NCBI GenBank assembly: GCA_043228905.1
Contig: JBHGNT010000012.1
Span: 10,478,001-10,542,000, forward strand
Length of the DNA: 64,000 nucleotides
Direction: 5' to 3'
Origin: Azolla caroliniana
Taxonomy: Eukaryota; Plantae; Polypodiophyta
The notes beneath the pieces are model-generated. The model saw only the letters and a program-made list of their open reading frames with translations, did no database searches and was not told the DNA's origin. The translations under genes were made by a program, and so were the position numbers. Shown in pieces: positions 24,398 through 38,170 of the stretch (position 1 is the stretch's first letter; each line of letters begins with the position of its first letter).

Positions 24398-26270
24398 TGA
24401 AGAGAAATAGCGCGGAATACTGCTTGGCCACAACCAAGTCTTGAGTCACTTCAATGAGAATGAAACACAGAAATGGAAAATGGAGAGTACACAAGGAAAT
24501 ACACAAGATGTTTACGTGGAAAACCGTAAGTAGGAAAGACCACAGGAGCCCACGGACTCCAACTATCACTATAGGAGAAAGGTACAATCAGAGCCTCGGA
24601 GGCAACGACCTCGAGCTCTGTATCTTCGCCAACTGACGGTTACAACAGAGTACCGCTTTGTATCTCACACTCTCTATCTCTCTATCGTTCTCTATACAAC
24701 AATTACAACAATCTGACAACAACATACAACCACATAAAGTGATTGCCCTAAGTCATATTTATACTTATATGAACTTAGGGCTATTTACAAATATAGCCTC
24801 AATAAGCTTACTCAAAACATATTTACAAATATGTCTTCTCTTCCGGTTCTCACCAAGTTCCCTTCATTCATCACCGGATCCCATCCGGAGGGACCGATTT
24901 CCCAACGATGTCCCCCTTCACTTCGGCATGGGATGTCTCACTAACTCGATCCGCTTTCGGCACGCGTCCAGCTTGTCGGTTGTCAACACCTTGGTCAGCA
25001 TGTCCGACCCATTCTCCTCCATGTGGATCTTCGTCAGCACGAACTCTTGATCTTCTACTCTCTCCTGGATCCAGTGGTACCTTCGCTGGATATGTTTCGT
25101 CCGGGAATGGTAGGCCGCGTTCTTTGCAAGGTGGATGACACTTTGACTATTGCAGTAGAGCCAGTATTTCTCCTGTTGGATTTGTAGCTCTCTGATGAAG
25201 TCCTTCATCCAGATTATCTCCTTGCCAGCTTCTACAACTACCATGTACTCCGCCTCCGTGGTTGACAACGCAGGACTGCCATGAAACATCTCCCCCTGCA
25301 TAATTCATGACATATCCAGATGTAGACTGGTTGGTATCCGCATCAGCCGACATATCCGAATCCGTGAATCCATCAAGTTGGGGATTACAGGAGCCGAACC
25401 GGAGGCACGTACTCGAGGTGCCTTTCAGATACCAGAGTATCCACTTGACCGCGTTCCAATGCTCTCTTCCGGGATTGCTCATGAACCGGCTCACCACTCT
25501 GACTGCATATCTGATATCTGGCCAGGTACATACCATCGCGTGCATCAAGCTTCCGATGATAAAGGCATATGGAATCTTCATCATATCCATCTTCTTTGCC
25601 TTTGTCCTCGGACTTTGTTTTCCGGATAGCTTGCAGTTTGCTGGAAGTGTCCATTCGACCAGTTTCGCCTCTGACATGTTGAACCGTTGAAGCACCTTTG
25701 TCACGTACTTCTCCTATGACAACCACAACAACTTTTTCAACCGGTCCTGGATGATGTGCATTCCCAATATCTTTCTTGTCGGACCCAAGTCCTTCATTCA
25801 GAAGGTCCGATTCAGAGCCTTCTTCAGCATCCGAATCTTGCCTTGGTCTCGTCCGACGATCAACATATCATCCACATATAGGAGTATCAGGAAATCTGCT
25901 CCATCAAATATCTTCACAAACATGCAGTGATCGGCCTGTGTCTTGTGGTACCCTTGGTCGGTCATGAAGGAGTTGAACTTTCGGTACCATTGCCGGGGAG
26001 CTTGCTTCAATCCGTATAAGCTCTTCTTTAGCCGGCACACCAGGTGCTCCTTCCCTTTCTTCTCAAATCCTTCTGATTGGTGCATGTAGATCTCTTCTTC
26101 AAGGTCTCCAAGTAGGAATGCCGTCTTGACGTCAAGTTGCTCTACCTCGAGGTCCACGCTTGTCGCTATGCTCAATACCGTCCGGATGGATGTCATCTTT
26201 ACTACCAAGGCAAAGATCTCGTCAAAATCCACTCCTTTCTTCTGCTGGAAGCCCTTCACCACGAGTCGGG
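24398..26270 (-). mobile_element. Ty1/Copia element C (family 2): RT, RNase H, PPT and 3' LTR (24398-~24907), inserted in the 3' LTR of Copia A
   Basis: ARLVVKGFQQ, QLDVKTAFL, LYVDDML, ALSTTEAEY, YHSRTKHI; the stop at 24918 runs into PPT AGGGGGACAT; LTR homologous to 44321-45023 and 60361-60713. Confidence 0.9.
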
Positions 26271-29200
26271 CCGAACTCTAACCGACTCAAATAGTCAGCT
26301 ACCCCATGTTGCACTCCTAGCCGGTGGTATATCTCAAATTCAAAATCCTGTAGCAACAATGTCCATCGTGCTAGTTTCACGGTTAAGGATGCTTTCGAGA
26401 CCAAGTATAGCAGCGCCGAATGACTCACATGGAACACAAATTTTCGTCCTAGGATGTAATGGCGGTACTTTGTTACACTATAGATCATCCCCATGGCTTC
26501 TCTCTCCGTTGTAGAGTAGTTTCGTTCAGCATTCGAGAGTTTCCGGCTCACATAGTACACCGGCCGGTACCACCTAGGTTCGATGAGCTGCATGAGAACG
26601 TTACTGATTGCTACATCGGGTGCGTCCATGCAAAACATGAAAATCCTTTGTCCAATCCGGAGGTTGCACAACTGGAGCCTTTGACAACATGACCTTCAAC
26701 GCGTGGTATGCATTATCTTCTTGCTCTGTCCATTAGAATGGAATTCAGTGTATGGCCGCATGTAATGGGGTGGAAAAGTCGACCAGATACCGGAACATCC
26801 GGCTGTGCCACCGGATCTGCTCTAAAACCCGACATAATGCTTTGGTGTTGTCGGGGCCAAAGCTTCCAAGATGGCCTTTACTCTATCCGGGTCGACCGCA
26901 ATTCCTTCCCTACTCACGATGTGACCGAGTAGCGTCCTGCTCGTTACTCCAAAAACACACTTTGCCGGGTTCAGGATCAGTTGGGAACCTCAACACTTTT
27001 CCAGACACATTCAGAGATGGTCCAGGTGTTCTTCCTTCCACGAAATCATCCAGAAACACTTGCATAAAGGCCGGAATGTATTCCCCGAATATTTCCATAA
27101 TGATCCGTTGGAACGTTGATGGTGCCGTCTTGAGTCCGAACATCATCACCACCGCGACAAACACTCCCCATTCGGTAACGAATGTCATTTTGTCCTGATC
27201 TGCGGGGTGCATCCGGATCTAATTGTATTTGCCAAATCCATCGAGAAAATTGTACACCTCATGACCGGCTACTACGTCTAAGACCCCATCCGTAGAAGGT
27301 AATGGAAACCCATCTGTCACCGTAGCCGCATTTAACTTCCGGTAGTCGACACAGAGCCATATCTTTCCGTTTTTCTTTGGTACAACCATGATCGGGCTTA
27401 GCCATGTCGCTTGTTTCACCGGTCGGATAAAACCGACTCTGAGCAGTTTATCGATTTCTTCTTTCACTTTCGCTGCATAGTTCGGATTCATCCGATATCA
27501 TCACTGGGCTACCGGCTTTGCATCCTTGTTGAGATGGATCTGATGCTGGTACAATTCGCATGTCTTCATATGACCACGCAAATACATCCCGAAACTCTTT
27601 AAGTAATTCCACCATGTTGCCAATTTTTCTACCAGTGGAATTTCTTTTGTGATGTTTACTGGTTTCTGTGCTTCACCGATCCCAAGGTTTACCTCCTCTA
27701 ATTGGGATGCCTTCACTCGTTGTGAGACCGCCATTTCCTGTTCCAAGGATTCCTGTGCCTGCCGTACTTCTCGGATTGCCTCCCGATCCGGCTCGTCCTC
27801 GACTTCTTCTAGGTACACTATATACGGGGCAACCACCCCGGCAACGTCTACTTCGAATAGTGGCACTATCTTTGGAAGCACATCGAGGTACCGGTCGACC
27901 TCCTCCTCTACTAGTCCCTCCAACATATTAATGCTTTCGGAATACATGGGCGTCAACGCCTTACGTGTGTGTGTACGCGGTTGTGTTGGCACTCGTACTT
28001 TTGTCTTGCCCCTCCGGAAGGTAATGATATTTTTCTGGAAGTTTTGCTTGATGTGTGCCGTTCGCAACCATGGTCGTCCTAACAGCAAGGGATATGCCCC
28101 TTGTGTGTTTAGTTGCAGGACCACTCTGGATATCCGGAATGCATCTCCTCCGATTGTAATTTCCAATTCCCAGATTAGTCTGGTTGGTCAGACTGAAGTT
28201 GTTTCCGCCATCCGTAACCAGAAAGGGCATGGTTCCCATTCTCGGATACCCAATGTTGACTAATCACGTTCAAGCCAGATCCGTCGTCCACCACTATTCC
28301 GGGTATTTCTCTGCCTTTGACGATTGCCGTAATGGTTGGGCTACTAGTGTCGACCACTACCGGTCCTTCCTCCGGATTGGAGAAAAATGTCGGTGTTGGC
28401 TCGGTGTTTTGTGGTGCTACCACCGATTTCAATCCTTCCTTAAATCGGGGAACTAATTGCAATAATCGTCCTAGTGGTAGAATAATTTTACATTCTTGTA
28501 ACATTTGCCATGTCGGTTCTCGTTTATGGTCTCTACTGGTTCCAGGGGTTTAATCTGCTCACACAAGTCGGCCACGTTCCATTCATTGGCCTTCTGTACC
28601 CATTCAATGGCTTGTTTCCAGATGGCCTCTTGAGTCTCCCACTTTGGAGTTTTGGCCTTCGATCTAGTTGTGACTTGCTGCACGTCGGTAACTTCTACAA
28701 CAACCATATTGACGACTAACTGCTTTTCATTTGTCTTAGTCGAACACTGGCTGCTATAGTGTCCTTCCGTATGGCAGTAGTAGAAGTAAATCGTCCGGTC
28801 ACTACTTGATTCTCCTTTCTCCATCGTTCCCTGATTACTTCCGGAATTCATCCGGTTGGTTTCGTCCAGCCTCCGTTGCTCCAGTTGTGGAACTGGGACG
28901 ACCGTTTCAGTATTCGTCTCCCTTCAGTATTGCCTGACCGGTTCCCAACATTCTTCTCAACGATTCTTTCCCTTCCGGTTGTGGCGACAGTGGTTCCGGT
29001 TCCTTTGACGTTCCGGGTACCATCTATCTTGATCAGGGTACTCCCCTCGTTCTGGGTATCGTTTGTCGTCTCTTCTACGGTCATAAACCGGGGAATAGTC
29101 GCGATCGCAACACTCTTGATTGTAGTCTCCTCCTCGCCGGTAGTTGCGTTTTGTAATTGTAATCCTCTCTTCTTTTGTTGTAATTCTCCGGAACCGTCCT

Positions 29201-31319
29201 TCTTCTGGTTGTTGTTCGCTTCGGGGTTCCATGTGTCGGACCCATGCTGCTTGCCGGTTGAGTAGATTGTACTCACACTGGTCCATCGTATGGGATCAGG
29301 AGTGCCACAACCTGCATTGTGTCTGCATCAAGCATTCTAACGTCGAGTGACCGGGCTTGAGGCATGTTGTACATTGGATTGCCTATCGGAACCGTAAGTC
29401 CTCTTCCTTGGGTAGCGCTCGTTGTAAATCTCCCATTGCCACGTGATTGCTTTGTTGAGCCCTATCCATTTCTAGCACCCGGTCGATGACTTCGTCCATG
29501 GTGCTTGTCTAGAAGTCGAATACTGTTAGCATCGTTTGTAGCGGTTCCCGGGGTGCGGCCAAAAAGACCACTTTTGCCTCGTCTTCCGGAGGTGACCTTG
29601 TCAGTTCGCTATGCATGGTCTGAAAGGGGATCACAAATTGCGAGACTGTCTCATTGAATTCGTAGTAGACTATATAGAACTGGCCGACTAGCTCTCTTTG
29701 CTCTACCTTTCGGTGAAACAATCGCAGGAACTTATCCTGCAAAACTTCGAATATGGCGAAGATCCTGAGAAGGTGCTTCTTGTGCCACTTTGCCGCGGGT
29801 CCCTCCAATGTCATCCCGAATTCTCCCATCTTTGATTGTTCGACCTCTGCTTCTGTCAGCCGGTGTGAGACATATATAGAACTGGCCGACTAGCTCTCAT
29901 TGAATTCGTAGTAGACTATATAGAACTGGCCGACTAGCTCTCTTTGCTCTACCTTTCGGTGAAACAATCGCAGGAACTTATCCTGCAAAACTTCGAATAT
30001 GGCGAAGATCCTGAGAAGGTGCTTCTTGTGCCACTTTGCCGCGGGTCCCTCCAATGTCATCCCGAATTCTCCCATCTTTGATTGTTCGACCTCTGCTTCT
30101 GTCAGCCGGTGTGAGACATGGTTCACTTCCCATGTCTGTAGAAACACATATATGTGCACTTCCGCATCCGGTTGGTCCCGCTACTTCGGGTATGGGTATG
30201 GCATGGTGTCGTCGGCGAAGGGCAGTACCGCCTCTTCATATTTTGCCTCCATGTTCAGTGGTGGCGTTGGTACGCTATCGTTCGTGTTCTTGGATTGTTG
30301 ATCCGCTAGTGGTGTGGATATGCTCTCGGCCTTTTTCTCTGACCGCTGGTCTTGGTTTGTTTAGTGGTCCGATGGTGTGGGTAATGTTGTGTCTGCTTCC
30401 GGTGGCGGTGTGTCCTCCAAACCGCCGTCCATCGGATTGTTCGGGTTGTCGTGACTACTTCGATAATTTGACTGCACGTTATGCTCATTATCCGATTCCG
30501 ACTCAAAGTTGGATAACGCTTCCAATTCTCTAGTTCCTGTGGCGAGATTGTGCAATATCGATTCTGCCTGCCGCTCAGGCCCTTCATCGGTATATTGTTG
30601 GTTCTGCAACCGGAGTGACTCCTCCGTAACCCGCCGAATCGTTCTAGGAAAAGACCAGTCCTGCCAGATCTCCTCGGCCGCCTATTGGTAGGCCTCCCAC
30701 CTCTGCAGTCTCTCGGCTAGTCATCTTGCTCGTTCGGCGACTGGGTCGTTTGTCAGTCTACTCATCCATACCCCGATGTTTACTACGCTCCGCAGGAATC
30801 GTGCTCGCCAAAACTATGTTACTCCTGGAATGGACTAGTTGCTAACACAGGGTCTCCTTCCGGATCACTTCAACAAAGGGATGGTTACGGAGTAAGGATC
30901 TCAGTCTAATTTGACCGTAACCGGCAGTTCCGAATCGACTCCGAATAGACAATCACATATGGTTGATTACTCGCATAAGATAAAGACAATAAGCACAACA
31001 CGCAATTGACAGATACATAATAGTAAGAAAACTCTCTTATATTAATTCCGCTCCCATGTACATCGTTCTTCGGATCCTTCTATAGGTATCTGGTTCTATT
31101 TACAAAACGGTGCCAAACCGGCAACTGGCTACGAACCGGTCCGAATCCGGATTGGTACATCCTTTTCGAATCTGCCTGTACCTCTTATCCTTAAATACTA
31201 ATTTTTAATAATTACGAAACCGGCTCTCCCCCTGACTACTTTTCATACTCTAGCCACCGGCCAACAACGTGCTGAGTGCCTGGCCGATGTTGAATCTCAT
31301 TCTAATTCTTGTAGTAACA
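26271..31319 (-). mobile_element. Ty3/Gypsy element G2 (non-chromovirus, Athila/Tat-like RT), integrase half lost
   Basis: 5' LTR 30817-31319 (TGTTAC..GTAACA); PBS-like TGGCGAGCAC 30801-30810; gag; knuckle CHTEGHYSSQC; protease VDDGSGLNVI; RT VDYRKLN, MFGLKTAP, VFLDD; RNase H SRKLSNAERNYSTTERE...VADYLSR. Confidence 0.9.
29649..30119. repeat. Tandem duplication of 225 bp of gag (offset 246) with a 21-nt templated filler
   Basis: 29649-29873 matches 29895-30119; filler 29874-29894 copies 29672-29692. Confidence 0.9.
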
Positions 31320-31665
31320 ACAACCATCGAGCCAACTTACCTGTGAGGGACATTTTCGGGACCAGATACAGGAGAGCCACATGATCCACGTGGAAGACGA
31401 ACTTCCGGGCTAGTAGGTAGTGACGAAATTGATTGATAATCTATATCATACCCAAGGCTTCTCGCTAGGTCGTGGAATAATTACGTTCGGCGATCGAAAG
31501 TTTCCGACTCGAGTAATAAACTAGCCGATACCAATTTGGTTCAGTCAGTTGCATAAGCACGCTTTCGATCGCGATATCCGACGCATCCACGAACACATGG
31601 AACGATAGCGCCCAATCCGGGGGTTTTACAACCAGTACCTTTGTTAGCATAACCTCCAAGGGCAT

Positions 31666-34600
31666 TGTTGAGAGACAAGGTCAACATTGGGTGCGTAAAA
31701 CCGTACACAAAATATGGCCATAGCGGTATGTCAACCGAGAGGCCGTTGGAATGTTATTCCTCGTAAGGAATCATTTTGGGAGTAAATGTAGGATGCTCAT
31801 TTATGAACGGTCAAGTACAGTAAGTACTTGTGTCATCCCAATTGTCAGGGCTTGTATAAAAGGTGCTCACTGAGCACGAAGTATATATAGAGAATTATTG
31901 TTTGAATATAGTTTCGTTTTCTGCTCTCTGTCTCTCCCTCTCCTTCTTTGTAATTTTTGTGCCTTACCGAACTTTCGTGCTTCCACACCGTGTACTTTGT
32001 GTCTTTTGCATATGCTTTTGCACACGTATTGGTTTACATGGTATCAGAGCACGAGGGTTCAGACTCCTCTGCAGCCGACAGAAAAGATTGCGATAAAGAC
32101 AAAGTTAAATTATTGTTTTCCGGAAAGGATAAGACAACAATATGGACAGAGGAATGGGAAGCTCGTTACCGATTGAGAAGCTCGACAAGAGCAACTACAC
32201 ATCTTGGTCGTACAAGATGCACCAGCACCTGCTTGGTCATGGTTAGTGGAGTTATGTCGAAGGAGCTAATGATACCACATCAGAATCGACACACAACGAT
32301 TTTTTGACTTGGGAACAAGGGGCAAGCAGAGTTCTTTACTGCTTTGCATCTTGTGTGAGCGACCAGCTCTTGAGCTACATTTAGGATGCTAAGATGCCAA
32401 AGGACACGTGGGCGAATCTCGGCTAGGAAGGAGGTCAGCAATGTCTGACATAAAGATCTACCCGTGGCTGATTACACGGCCGGAATCAAGAAGATCAACG
32501 ACTCTCTTGCCTCCGTCAATGTGAAGGTCGAGGAGGACGAATTGGTGCAAGTTTTCCCTAGAGGGTTAGTGTCAAAGTTCGGAGCATTTCGAACGGCAGT
32601 CTGCACAAGGGAGAATACGCCTTCGTTCTTCGAGCTTCAGTCGATATTGCTTGTGGAGGAAAATCACACAGGTGCATCAACGAGTACGCACACCAACAAT
32701 TTGATGTTGTACATGGACGAAGATAGACCCCGTGGTCGTGGTGGACGAGGCGGATCAGCGTGTAGTAGAGACGGAAGAAAAGAGCAGAACGTGCGGCATA
32801 ATCGAAATGCTAGAAGCAATTCTGAACCCTCCGGAAGCAAGGGGAGTCATAGCGGCGCCGGAAGCTGGCAAAAGAAGGCCACGACGGAATGCTCATACTG
32901 TGGCAAGAAAGGCCATAGGGATAGCGAGTGCTAGAAGAAGAGAGTTAATTTGGACAAAGCCAAATCAAGCGGAAGAGATGCAGGAAGGCGTCAGAAATCG
33001 CATTACGCGGAAGGCTTTGAACAAGCCGGAAATGGATCGGGCCCAACCTTTGTAATGAAGCACAAGGCCAATTCGATGGCCGTGAACACCTCGAAATCGA
33101 GCGAGGTGTGGTATGTTGATTCCGGATCATCAAATCATATGACGACTCATGAGGAATGGTTCTCGTACTTGGAGGAACCGGAAAAGCAAGGACTAGTTGA
33201 AATGGGAGACGACACTCCGCATACCATGGAACATGTCGGAGAAGTTTCTCTCATCTACGTCGGGCAGAAAGGGAAACTTATGAACGTGTTGCACATCCCG
33301 ACAATAACCAAGAACCTAGTGTGGGTCGGTCAGATCGTCAACCAGGGGATGCAAGTTCGATTCACGCACCTCGGGTGCTTCATCGAAGAGGAAGGCCAAG
33401 TTATCGCGCAAGGGTGCCCTGAAGGGAGGATCTTCATCGTCGACACCAATAAAGCCGGAAACTCGGTGTTTGCGAAAGGACAGAAGGTTGAGTCGGACAT
33501 CGACCCGTGGCACAAGCGGTTCGACCATGTAAACTTCCCACGGTTTCATGAAATGGAGACAAGAATATTGTTTTCAGATTGCCGAAATTTTGGGGCCGTA
33601 TTGGCCAAGTCTACGAAGCCTGCCAACTAGGGAAGCAAACACCGACTTCCGTTCCCAAACGTGCGTAATCGGAGTCGAAATCCGGTTGACTTAATCCATT
33701 CGAATGTATGGGGACCAACACAGAACGTGAGTCTCAGTGGAAGTTGTTACTTCGTAACCTTCATCGATGACTTCACTCAGCACACCTGGGCGTGCTTGAT
33801 CGCGAAAAAGCGCGAAGTCTTCGCGTGGTTCCTAAAGGTGAAGAGCTTTGGGGAAAGGGAAATTGGGCATAAGATCAAGTGCCTACGGTCCGATGGCGGG
33901 AAGGAGTACTTCTTTGACTAGTTCACGAGTTATCTACAAAAGGAGGGAATTCAACGCGAATTCTTGTGTAGATATACGCTAGAGTAGAACGCCATAGCCA
34001 AGCGGAAGAATCGCATAATCGAAGAAGTCTCCAGAGCAATGCTTGAAGAGAAGCATATGCCGAAATTTTACTGGGCTGAAGCCATAAGGATGGTTGTTTA
34101 TATGCAGAATCGGACTTCTGCTAATGGAAGAATGTCGCCACACGAGTTCTATTTCGGAAAGAAGCCGAACTTGGCACACTTGAGGATTTTCGGCAGCATT
34201 GCGTTTTTGCATGTGCCGAAGGAGAAGAGGAGGAAGTTGGACGCCAAAGTTGAGAAGAGTATCTTGGTCAGCTATTCAAACGAGAAAAAGGGGTATAAGT
34301 GCTATAACCCCCCAAAAAAACAAGTTCGCGTAAGCCGAGATGTCGTATTCGACAAGTCCGCTTTGTGTACTTGCCTTCACCTCCAATACCTCATGACTCC
34401 ATTCCGAATTCTGAAGAAGAGATCAGCGAGGTCGAGCTGCCTCCGCATGATCAAGAAATCAGAGCGCTGACAGAGAGTCCAATCTCATTTCGGCTAAGCG
34501 GGCCGAATAAGGGGTTGGGCCGAGATGGCCAACCAAATGAAGAACCGGTCGTGTTCCCCGCATAAAGAACCGAGGAGACGGTTTATGAGTAAAGAAAAAG

Positions 34601-37329
34601 GGAAGAAGAAAGTGTCGGAATATGATTTCGGTAGTGCCGAGTCAGATCGGAGCGAATCCAACTTCGGACCAATCGAGAAGGAACCTCCACGGAAGAGGTC
34701 GAAATTGACCGAAAAGGTCGTGAAATCAGGTAATCACGAATTACGCCGATCTACCCGCTTGAAGAACCCCTAAAAAATATACGGGTACAATGAATACATG
34801 GCGCACCATTACGAGTACATGACACGAGTGACGGAAGTGCGTGATTTGGAGAGCTACGCAGAAGCATCAGAAGACACAAACTGGTGTGCCGCGATGGAGG
34901 AAGAGATGCACGCATTATTGGACAACGAGACTTGGGACCTGGTTGAAGCACCTAAAGGTGTTAAGACGATCGAATGCAGATGGGTTTTTAAGGTGAAATA
35001 CAAAACCGACGGCTTGGTCAACCGATATAAGGCCCGGTTGGTTGCGAAAGGCTAGCCGCAGAGGCATGCTGTAGATTACGACGAGACCTTCGCCCCAGTC
35101 GCGAAGGTTACTGCCGTGCGCATTCAGCTAGCCATATCTGCGGCGAAGAGGTGGCACTTACATAAGACTGATGTAAAAAATGTGTTCATGGAAGGTGATC
35201 TTGAGGAACCGGTGTAAATGGTACAACCCCCCGGATTTCTATCCAAACAAAACACTTCGGTAGTCTGCCGATTCAAGAAGGCGTTATACGGACTTAAACA
35301 AGCCCGGCGAGCTTGGAATGCGATGATTATGCAATGGTTGCGTAGAATGGGGTTTACGACGTCCAAATCGAAGGCCTCGTTGTTCGTTTGGCAAGGTCGA
35401 CATGGACCGGTTTGTCTTTTACTTTATGTTGATGATTTCTTCATTGTCAGTGCCGACCTAGAAGAAATTGGCCGCATCAAGTCTTAGCTCGCGGCATCTT
35501 TCAAAATGGAGGATCTTGGAGACCTTTATTACTTCCTTGGGATCGAAGTGATCCGTACCCCCGAAGGAATATTGATCAGTCAACGTCATTACGTGTGGAA
35601 GATGCTCTTCGAGTTCAGGATGACAGATTATAAGCCCATTTGGACCCCTCTGGACAGAAACATAAAGCTTCATTGAGATTCGGGTAAGGTGTGCGACCCG
35701 ACACGGTTTTGAGAGATTGTCAGAAGCCTAATTTACTTGACGATTACTCGGTAGGATCATAGCTACCCAGTCGGAATGATCAGTCAATTTATGTCGCAAC
35801 CCACGAACGAACATCTTCAGTGCACATAAAGGATATTACGATATGTCAACGGCACGAAAGACATGGCGTTGTTGTGTCGTATAGGCGTAGCCGAACAATT
35901 AGTTGGCTACACAGATGCCGATTGGGTTGGAAATGCCCACAATCGTAGATCCACATCCGGATACGCATTCTCATTGGGAAGTGTGGCGATCGCGTAGAGC
36001 AGTAAGAAGCAACCGATAGTAGCGTTGTCGAGCATAGAGGCCGAATATCGAGGGGCGACTGTCGCTTCGTGCGAAGTCATTTGGCTGAAACAACTATTAT
36101 GGGATATGCATGTGGAGGTGTCCAATCCAACAATGATCTATTGCGATAACCTGAGCAACATCCACCTTGCGAAGAACCCTATCTTCCACGCCCGGTCCAA
36201 GCACATTGAGGTGCACTACCATTTTGTCCGCGAGCGTGTCCTTTCTGGTGAAGTGGAACTCGCTTATGTTCTAACGGGTCGGCATATCTCCAACATCTTC
36301 ACCATGCCCCTTGGTCTTGACAAGGTTCGGCATTTTTCGATTGAGTTGGGGTTGCATCACCTCGACACGCCGAACTTGAGGGGGAGATAGGAATAGGAAC
36401 AAGAGCGTGAAAGGAGCAGTAGTGACTGCGATGCCGAATCAGATGAAGAATTCGATTTCAGGTCCGCTGAAGAAGACGAAGAAGAAAACAGGGGCCAGAA
36501 TCGCAAGGGAGAGCCAAAGATAGCCAAGCAAAGGGGAAATACAGCAAAAAATGGTGTAAAGGCCAAGACCAAGATGTGGTCTAATGCTGTTAAGGTTTTG
36601 AAAACAGAAGACAAATTGGACATAGCCAATTCGGGCGGAAGTGGAATTGAATTGGAAGTGACTGATTCAATTGAAATGTTCGATTCGGACATTACAAATC
36701 GACTAAGGGCCAAGCGGAAGAAAGGGCAGCGAAAGACGTGCCAACACCGCGACAACAAGGGAGCTAAGAAGGGCCGCATGAGAAGAAGAGCCTACCGGAA
36801 GGGTCGAAGCGCGCGGAATCTAACGGGTCGAGGAGCGCGAGCGAGGCGTGAAGCCAAGAGAGGCACGAGCGAAGATCCAAAAAAGCATATGGAACCTCAA
36901 CTTGAGCTTGAGAGGGAGTGTTGAGAGACAAGCTCCACATTGGGTGCGTAATGTAGTGTGTAGACTAGGTACGTAAAACCGTACACAAAATATTTCTATA
37001 GCGGTATGTAAACCGAGAGGCCGTTGGAATGTTATTCCTCGTAAGGAATAATTTTGGGAGTAAATGTAGGATGCTCATTTATGAGCGGTGAAGTACTGTA
37101 AGTAGTTGTGGCAGCCCAATTGTTAAGGCATGTATTAAAGGTGGTCATGGAGCACGAAGTATGTACAGAGAACATACAAAGAATTATTTTTTGAATATAG
37201 TTTCGTTTTTTGCTCTCTCTGTCTCTCCCTCTCCTTCTCTGTGATTTCTGTGCTTTACCAAACTGTCGTACTTCCAAACCGTGTACTCTATGTCTTTCGC
37301 ATACGCTTCGGCACACATTTTCTTTTACA
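31666..37329 (+). mobile_element. Full-length degenerate Ty1/Copia element B (family 1), 5.66 kb
   Basis: 5' LTR 31666-32038; PBS TGGTATCAGAGC 32039-32050; gag (CSYCGKKGHRDSEC), PR, INT, RT, RH; PPT ending 36918; 3' LTR 36919-37329; TSD GGCAT/AGCAT. Confidence 0.95.
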
Positions 37330-38170
37330 AGCATGTATGTCTTGTCTCCCCTATGTAGAGGTGTCGCAAAGTTGGGCAAGTAGTGTAGCATCCGACTATG
37401 CCAACAAATCTGTCCAAGGAAGCGGCTTAGGGACTTGTTGTTCTATGGGGTCGCTGTCTCAAGGAGGGCACCACTTGTCACACGAAACGCATCACCCCAA
37501 GCTTAACCAATGGTGTCGTAGATCCTCACTACACGCGACGTACACCACGAAATCATCAATGAAAGCATGCATTAAGGCGGGTATGTATTCGTGGAAAATT
37601 TCTGTGATGATGAGTTGAAATGTTGTCGGCGCCGTTTTGAGACCGAAGATCATCACTATGGTGTCGTGAAGATTTTCGGCAATAGTGTGAAAATCCCATA
37701 AAACATACGAAATCGAGTGTGAATCACATAACACAATAATTGTGAAGATAACATTTTAAATAAATTTAATATCTAAGTACAAAATGATGGAGGTTTCGAA
37801 TGCACTTTATTACACGAGAAACGGACAACTAAATGTCAAGATATGAGGGTATAAAGTTTGTGAAAGGAAAAGAGAAAATTGTGAGATATCCCACATAGGC
37901 ACGACAAATACGACTCTCATCATATATAAGGTAGAGCAAAAGATATTATCTTTGTGTCTATGTGTGGAGCATAGAGAGTTCAAGGTAACTTGAACTAAGA
38001 GTGGAGGTGGGCTAGCTACTCGTAAAGGGTTTTGGCCAACCAAAACCGGACCGGCGATGGAGCCGATAATCCGGCGACGGCACCGGTATTCGGCGGCAAC
38101 CAGCGACGGCATCCGACGAACCGACGCCCGGTGACTAGATAAATAAATATATAAATATATATATATACAA

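Noticed and set aside
28848-29286. Overlapping Thr/Arg-rich ORFs as an extra or env-like gene
   Set aside because: Low-complexity gag linker between capsid and zinc knuckle. The same applies to 45676-46163 in G3.
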